Shown here piece after piece: positions 28,037-33,182 of a stretch of DNA of 33,182 bases (position 1 is the first letter of the stretch; each line of letters begins with the position of its first letter). Below the pieces are notes generated by a model that ran no database searches, was not told the DNA's origin, and saw nothing but the letters and a program-made list of their open reading frames with translations. A program made the translations under genes and the position numbers. Source of the DNA: Candidatus Zixiibacteriota bacterium (GTDB lineage: Bacteria; Zixibacteria; MSB-5A5; GN15; JAAZOE01); contig JBDREQ010000071.1 in the NCBI GenBank assembly GCA_043819555.1, positions 1 through 33,182 on the forward strand, read 5' to 3'.

Positions 28037-29212
28037 TTGAGATATTTCTTTATTGTTTTCATATCATTTTTTATTTTGGCAGGATTCGGCCAAAATAAAA
28101 AAATTGCAAACATCAAAGAACAACCGGCGGGAAATAAACAAGAAAAAGCTGGGGAGACTCCATCTGCGGAATCGGAGGCAATCCCTGATTCGGCAGATTT
28201 TATCAATGTCGGAAAATACCCGGAACAAATTTATGAAGAGGTTCCTGAATTTCCAGAGAGAGGATTAAATGCTAACATAAATGCCAAAATTATTATTGAG
28301 GCATATATTGATGAAACTGGAAAGGTGTTGAAAGCCCACGCACTCAAATGCACATCACCGGGTTATGGATTTGAGGAAGCTTCTACGACGGCCGCATACA
28401 AATGTACATACAAACCTGCTCGGAAAAACGGCAAACCAATAGGTTGCTGGATCAGTTATGTTGTTCATTTTATTGGAGATCCCAATAAGCCGTCGGCAAC
28501 ATTGAATTTTGAGCATCTATCCAATATGCCTACTCATCAAAACGTGGTTCCTTCAACAAACTGGCCGCCTCCGCCGGATTCTATTCCAGTCGATGAGCTT
28601 CCACAACCATTCCAACTTGTTAAACCGGAATACCCACAATCGGCATCCCCGGATAAACCAGATGCCACGGTTACTCTGGCGGTATATATAAGTTCATTGG
28701 GACATGTAAAAAAAATCGAAATAATCACGTCCGATAATCCTTCTAATAGTTTTAGTGACAATGCATCGGAAGCTGCCAAGAAAACTCAATTTTCTCCAGC
28801 CAAAAGAAATGGAATAAAAATAGGCACTTGGGTGTATTATGATGTGATCTTCAATAAACTATCGGGAGTGAGTGTGGGGGAAATCAAGCAATTATTCTCC
28901 AATACAAAAGAGGAATTGACTGCCTCTAAAGATGGTATTATTTCTCCGGATGAATTTGTTGCAGTTGATGTAGTGCCCGAACAGATTTATGAGGAAATTC
29001 CCGAGTATCCATCAAAAGCATTGGAAAAGAAAATTACAGGATTTGTTATTGTTGAAGTTTTTGTAGACGAGAATGGAAACGTTAAAAAAGGACAGGTTAA
29101 ATCTTGTCAGCCTAAGAATTGGGGTTTTGAACAAGCAGCGACAAATTCGGCTTATAAATGCAAATATAAACCGGCGTTGCGCGATGGGAAACCGGTTGGC
29201 GTTTGGATTTAA
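28037..29212 (+). CDS. TonB-family protein with three TonB C-terminal domains (third cut short by TAA)
   Basis: Three units of P.[FY]P..[AG]......V....I/VD..G.V........F...A..AA....[YF].PA...G..[IV]G.W; N-terminal hydrophobic segment; TTG start after GGAGG. Confidence 0.85.
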   Translation: MRYFFIVFISFFILAGFGQNKKIANIKEQPAGNKQEKAGETPSAESEAIPDSADFINVGKYPEQIYEEVPEFPERGLNANINAKIIIEAYIDETGKVLKAHALKCTSPGYGFEEASTTAAYKCTYKPARKNGKPIGCWISYVVHFIGDPNKPSATLNFEHLSNMPTHQNVVPSTNWPPPPDSIPVDELPQPFQLVKPEYPQSASPDKPDATVTLAVYISSLGHVKKIEIITSDNPSNSFSDNASEAAKKTQFSPAKRNGIKIGTWVYYDVIFNKLSGVSVGEIKQLFSNTKEELTASKDGIISPDEFVAVDVVPEQIYEEIPEYPSKALEKKITGFVIVEVFVDENGNVKKGQVKSCQPKNWGFEQAATNSAYKCKYKPALRDGKPVGVWI

Positions 29213-29254
29213 TATAGATTAAGCTTTAAAATTTGACTGTCATAACTTTCCCCC

Positions 29255-29289
29255 CAAAAAAAATACCCCGGCCGAACTCGACCGGGGTG
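29255..29289 (-). terminator. Terminator of the cold-shock gene
   Basis: Minus strand ACCCCGGTCGA-g-TTCGGCCGGGGT-ATTTTTTTT. Confidence 0.85.
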
Positions 29290-29313
29290 TGGTTATTTTT
29301 CTGTCACTGTATG

Positions 29314-29517
29314 CTACATAGGTTTGACATTGACAGCTTCGGGGCCATTACGTCCCTCGCCAAGTTCAAACTCTACCTTCTGGCCGTCTTCCAGCGTCCG
29401 GTAGCCATCGCCGGTGATGTTAGAAAAATGAACAAACAGATCTTCCCCCCCTCCTTCGGGAACAATAAAACCGTAACCCTTGGAGGTGTTAAACCACTTC
29501 ACAGTACCTTGATTCAC
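29314..29517 (-). CDS. cspA: Cold-shock protein (CspA family)
   Basis: GTVKWFN; KGYGFI (RNP1); LFVHFS (RNP2); GTG start after AAGGAG. Paralog identity within the family is uncertain. Confidence 0.95.
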   Translation of the reverse strand: MNQGTVKWFNTSKGYGFIVPEGGGEDLFVHFSNITGDGYRTLEDGQKVEFELGEGRNGPEAVNVKPM

Positions 29518-29761
29518 AGGTAACTCCTTGAGGCCCGCAGTAACCCGCAGACCAATACATTATTCTTCCCTCAAAATAACTGATGCATGTCCTTGAGGGC
29601 GTAAGGGACCACACATATTCTTAACTAACAAGAAAATATATTTTTCGAATATGTCAAGCAGACATTTTAACAAAATCAAATATATTTCGTTGCCGCAACA
29701 TGTTAGGGGAGTCAAAAATGCTCGAATTATACCACCATATTATGTCCAATAAATTGCTTTA

Positions 29762-30505
29762 TCAGGGTTTTTGGACTACTGCAGCTATACGCATACTATT
29801 CCGCTTCGGTTTTGAAAACTTCAGGCAATCATAGAGATTGATTAGTTTGAACCCCGATGCCCAGCTAACTGCTCTGACCTCGGTGGCTGTATAACCTCGT
29901 TCGGCGTGAATCTCGTCAAATCTCTCCCAGATATTTCCTTTGCGGACAAAAAATGTTGCTTTGACTTCGGCCTGTTTGGCTCTCGGGTAATAGCAGTTTT
30001 TCCAGATCCACGCGACATCATTGGTTTCATCGGCGTAGATTTCGGACCCCCAGAGAACCTTCATGGCCTCGGGCGTATTGACATCGAAAATAAAGTATCC
30101 GCCGGGATAAAGAGCGCGGTGAACGCAGGTGAATACTTTTTTTAATTCACCAAGGGAAAGGACATAATTGAGCGAGTCAAAATAGCAAGTTACCAGATCG
30201 ACCTGTTGGGGAATTGAAAAAGATGTCATTGGTGATTGTGACAATATAAGTTTCACTTTTTCCCTTTTTTCTTTTTGGCCGGCCATTGTTAGCATATCAG
30301 CCGAGGCGTCGATTCCGAAGACCTGCATATTTTCCTTCGCCCACATAACTGCGGCGGTTCCGGTACCGCACGCCAATTCGAGAATCGATTTTGGGCGATA
30401 GTGAAGACGGGATAGGATGCGCTTCGTATAATAAAACATTTTGACCGAAAAATTATCCCATTCGATTTTATCGTAAATATGAGCGAATTTACTATACGTT
30501 GACAT
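29762..30505 (-). CDS. Class I SAM-dependent methyltransferase
   Basis: YSKFAHIYD; LELACGTG; GIDAS; CYFDSLNY; LYPGGYFIFD; ATG 30505 after GGAGGAG. Confidence 0.92.
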   Translation of the reverse strand: MSTYSKFAHIYDKIEWDNFSVKMFYYTKRILSRLHYRPKSILELACGTGTAAVMWAKENMQVFGIDASADMLTMAGQKEKREKVKLILSQSPMTSFSIPQQVDLVTCYFDSLNYVLSLGELKKVFTCVHRALYPGGYFIFDVNTPEAMKVLWGSEIYADETNDVAWIWKNCYYPRAKQAEVKATFFVRKGNIWERFDEIHAERGYTATEVRAVSWASGFKLINLYDCLKFSKPKRNSMRIAAVVQKP

Positions 30506-30684
30506 TATCTCCTCCACCTGAACCATTAATACACTATCGCATCATGGGAAAATATCTGACTGAGGGAAGAAAAGCAATCATTGTTGTGTCCAATTCGGAT
30601 TTTGATTCATAAGGCCGAGTCCGCGAACTGTGCAAATGTTACACAGGGCCGATTATTGGCGTGAAATTTTTTAAACGATTGACA

Positions 30685-30711
30685 TAAAGGATATTAAGAA
30701 ATCACCGATAA
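30685..30711 (+). promoter_or_regulatory. sigma28 (FliA/WhiG/SigD)-type promoter
   Basis: TAAAGGAT-N11-ACCGATAA versus the consensus TAAAGTTT-N11-GCCGATAA. Confidence 0.55.
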
Positions 30712-30802
30712 ATTTATCAGATTATAAAATAATCAAAAGGAGAGGTCGTGCATCTTTTTTGTATGGCCAAACTTTTTTCACAACTCATGAAAGGAGTTAC
30801 AC

Positions 30803-31156
30803 ATGGCGACACGGCGTAAAACTAGAAAGGTTCGCCCAATGGTTCGCAGAACTCGCGTCAAGAAGGTTGCTCGAGTTTGGACTCGCGAAGAAATTTCATT
30901 CCTGCGCAAATACTATCGCTTCCACGATACTTCATGGTGCGCGCGTCAGCTTGGACGTACAGTGTATTCCGTACGTTACAAAGCCTGTGATTTAAGCATT
31001 CGCAAGGCTAATCCATCCAATTGGAAAAACCCACCTAAAGTCAAGATGGCTTTCGGTCACAAAGTCACACCGACCACCCGTCGGAAAACGACTCGCGCCA
31101 AGAAAAACACTCGTTGGGCTGCCACACGGAAAAACAATCGTCGTTCCCGCTGGTAA
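30803..31156 (+). CDS. Very basic protein with Myb/HTH-like core and Arg/Lys-rich tails; putative nucleoid protein
   Basis: RBS AAGGAG; 38 of 117 residues R/K and 4 acidic; WTREEISFLRKYY...CARQLGRTVYSVRYKA..L core; own terminator. Confidence 0.8.
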   Translation: MATRRKTRKVRPMVRRTRVKKVARVWTREEISFLRKYYRFHDTSWCARQLGRTVYSVRYKACDLSIRKANPSNWKNPPKVKMAFGHKVTPTTRRKTTRAKKNTRWAATRKNNRRSRW

Positions 31157-31177
31157 ACCGATATAGGGTTTTGCAAT

Positions 31178-31210
31178 AAAAGCGGCCCGATAATGGGTCG
31201 CTTTTTTTTT
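31178..31210 (+). terminator. Intrinsic terminator
   Basis: AAAAGCGGCCC-gataat-GGGTCGCTTTTTTTTT. Confidence 0.88.
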
Positions 31211-31297
31211 GAATATTTTTCGCAATAACATGTACATTAAATAACTAAACTGCAACTTTTGTGATACTTATTCGTTAAAAGCGATTGCCGGGCATTA

Positions 31298-31325
31298 TTG
31301 ACTTTGTAAATTAATTGCGTATCAT
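31298..31325 (+). promoter_or_regulatory. sigma70-type promoter of ssrA
   Basis: TTGACT-N16-TATCAT about 70 nt upstream of the mature 5' end. Confidence 0.6.
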
Positions 31326-31394
31326 TTAGGGCAGGATATTATTGGTTCTTTGAAAATTGAATCTGTGTTCTCACGCAGATTCGTTTCGAAATTT

Positions 31395-31752
31395 GGGGGT
31401 GACCATGTTTCGACGGATCAGGTGGGGAATTGTCAGCGCGCCGAGATTGTCGGATACTCTCGTAAACTATCTGGCAACCTTTAATAATTGGCGAATATGA
31501 TTATGCCATGGCTGCCTAGTTAAATAGCGCAGCTCGTCTTACCGGAAGTTATGCCTTCTACGTCCGGCTAAGGCGTCGAAAAAGAAGGCTCGGCTTTGCA
31601 AAGTCCGGATGCAGGGCTTAAATTTTCGGACTGGTTTATGGTCTTAGCCTGCCGTTTGGCTTGGCTGTAAATAAGATTTAATAGAACGGACACGCGCGTA
31701 GAAGATGATTTGACGCCTTTTTCGGACGGGGGTTCGATTCCCCCCACCTCCA
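31395..31752 (+). ncRNA. ssrA: tmRNA; tag peptide (A)GEYDYAMAA
   Basis: GGGGGTG/CACCTCC-A acceptor stem with the G3.U alanine identity pair; TTCGAC 5' motif; GGAC-GGGGG-TTCGATT-CCCCC T arm; tag frame 31490-31519 ending AA-stop; CCA not encoded. Confidence 0.96.
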
Positions 31753-31940
31753 ATTTATGTAATTCATTACAACACAGTAAGTTAGGGAATACGAGAAGAG
31801 GGGTGGTTATCCAATTCCCCCATCCCTAGCAAAAATCTAGGCTATAACCTCAATAACTTAGAATAACTTAAAACCTCAGATGTCACGATTTTGTCACGGG
31901 ATTGGCCTAGTAATTTTCCATGAGTTCGGCTAAAAAAAGC

Positions 31941-32003
31941 TTGTGCCAGTTAATTTTTATCAGTATAATATGTCGGTAATAATTTATATTTACCGACATA
32001 TTA
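31941..32003 (+). promoter_or_regulatory. abiE promoter with 14-bp inverted-repeat operator
   Basis: TTGTGC-N17-TATAAT; TAATATGTCGGTAA-N10-TTACCGACATATTA (31966-32003) overlaps the -10 and start site. Confidence 0.8.
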
Positions 32004-32022
32004 GGATAATGCGGATATAATT

Positions 32023-32625
32023 ATGAAAATGGAAATTAGAAAAAAGATCATCCAGATTGTTAAGCAGCTTGGTATCGTTCGGCCAAGAGATATGGATGAA
32101 TATGGCATACATCGTAAGTATATCCATATGCTATATAATCAGGGTGTACTAAATCGAATTGGACGAAGCCTCTATACCCTTTCTGAGACAGAGCCGTCTG
32201 AAAATAGAAGTATCGCCGAAGCCTGTAAACGGATGCCATCAGGAGTAGTCTGCCTGCTCTCGGCTCTCAGGTTTCATGATCTGACAACTCAATCGCCTTA
32301 TGAGATCTGGATGGCTATTGACAATAAGGCTCGAAGCCCTAAAGAACTTGGTATTCCTATACGGATTGCGAGATTTTCCGGTAAAGTACTTACGTCCGGA
32401 ATCGAACAACATAATATTGAAGGCGTTACCATCCGCGTTTATAATCCGGCGAAAACAGTTGCCGATTGTTTTAAATTCAGAAACAAGATTGGACTAGATG
32501 TTGCTCTCGAAGCTCTACGCGACTGTCACCAGTCTCGAAAATGTACGATGGATGATCTTTGGAAATATGCTAAAATCTGCAGGGTTGCCAATATCATAAA
32601 ACCGTATCTCGAGTCACTGGTATGA
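32023..32625 (+). CDS. abiEi: Type IV TA antitoxin / transcriptional regulator, AbiEi family
   Basis: N-terminal wHTH (RIGRSLY); GVVCLLSALRFHDLT; YNPAKTVADCFKFRNKIGLDVALEAL. Confidence 0.9.
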   Translation: MKMEIRKKIIQIVKQLGIVRPRDMDEYGIHRKYIHMLYNQGVLNRIGRSLYTLSETEPSENRSIAEACKRMPSGVVCLLSALRFHDLTTQSPYEIWMAIDNKARSPKELGIPIRIARFSGKVLTSGIEQHNIEGVTIRVYNPAKTVADCFKFRNKIGLDVALEALRDCHQSRKCTMDDLWKYAKICRVANIIKPYLESLV

Positions 32626-33182
32626 GTAAAAAGAATTCTCATAATCTCGAGGTTTCGGTTCGTCAGCGCCTGCTAAATCTCAGCCGAGAACGTAATGAAG
32701 ATTTTAATCTAATTCTGACACGTTATGCGGTGGAAAGATTCCTATATCGGCTATCAAAATCTAAACATGTAGACAGATTTATTCTTAAAGGTGCGATGCT
32801 AACCACCATTTGGATAGGCGAAGTGCATCGTCCAACTCGTGATCTGGATTTGCTCGGTTTTGGCGATCCGGAAGCAGAAGTTCTCAAAACAATTATGGCA
32901 GAAATATGTCTGGGAGATGTCGAAAGAGATGGACTTGAATACGAAGCTGACAGTGTTGAGATAGGGGAGATTCGTGAAAATCAGGCATACCCCGGACAGC
33001 GAGTGAAGATAAAGGCGAAACTCGGTAATGCCAGGATAAGAATCCAAATTGATGTCGGTTTTGGTGATGCAGTAACACCAAAGGCAAAAATCATTACTTA
33101 TCCGGTATTGCTTGATTATCCGGCTCCGCGAATCCGAGCTTATCCCAAAGAGACCCAGATTGCGGAGAAATTACAATCAATG
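32622..33182 (+). CDS. abiEii: AbiEii/AbiGii nucleotidyltransferase toxin (3'-partial)
   Basis: Not in the ORF track. ATGA overlap with abiEi; reads SVRQRLLN...YAVERFLYRLS...FILKGAML...RPTRDLDLL...IDVGFGD...IAEKLQSM and runs off the window. Confidence 0.92.
   Translation, partial: MSKKNSHNLEVSVRQRLLNLSRERNEDFNLILTRYAVERFLYRLSKSKHVDRFILKGAMLTTIWIGEVHRPTRDLDLLGFGDPEAEVLKTIMAEICLGDVERDGLEYEADSVEIGEIRENQAYPGQRVKIKAKLGNARIRIQIDVGFGDAVTPKAKIITYPVLLDYPAPRIRAYPKETQIAEKLQSM

Larger units (their letters stand above)
31753..33182. mobile_element. Probable left end of a genomic island integrated at tmRNA
   Basis: Short direct repeats right after ssrA, followed by an AbiE module; no integrase within the window. 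Confidence 0.45.

Noticed and set aside
29210..29212. Alternative genetic code (TAA reassigned)
   Set aside because: TAA is the proper stop of groES, groEL, coaX and others in this window.
31568..31753. 61-aa minus-strand ORF (MEVGGIEPPS...)
   Set aside because: Antisense reading of the tmRNA T arm and body.
32799..33087. Two minus-strand ORFs at the window end
   Set aside because: Antisense to the abiEii frame, which the track missed because it has no stop in the window.

Overview
Bacterial chromosomal window of roughly 40-45% GC by eye. It probably comes from an FCB-related lineage such as candidate Zixibacteria; this is inferred from a 'CGDANGDG..NIGDAVYLINLVFKGGP' dockerin-like motif, FlgD/T9SS-type C-terminal domains and a PorV-like gene. 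Left to right it holds: the tail of a CTD-bearing secreted protein; a MacAB-like efflux operon with no ATPase and a truncated second permease; a three-gene operon (TonB-dependent receptor, 1128-aa CTD-bearing protein, PorV-like barrel); a candidate ~150-nt orphan sRNA; a methyltransferase, a VOC protein and lipoproteins; a glmM-glmS-NAGPA-like-lipoprotein-rlmL-like run; a small unlisted membrane peptide; coaX; CIRCE-controlled groES-groEL; a REP-like repeat cluster; a dockerin plus Cys-repeat protein; a triple-TonB_C protein with an apparent premature stop; a cold-shock protein; a very basic Myb/HTH-like protein behind a sigma28-type promoter; tmRNA; and the probable edge of an integrated island carrying an AbiEi/AbiEii pair. 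The strongest novelty candidates are the receptor/cargo/PorV triad, the sigma28-linked protamine-like protein and the orphan sRNA. All family calls come from motif recognition, not database searches.
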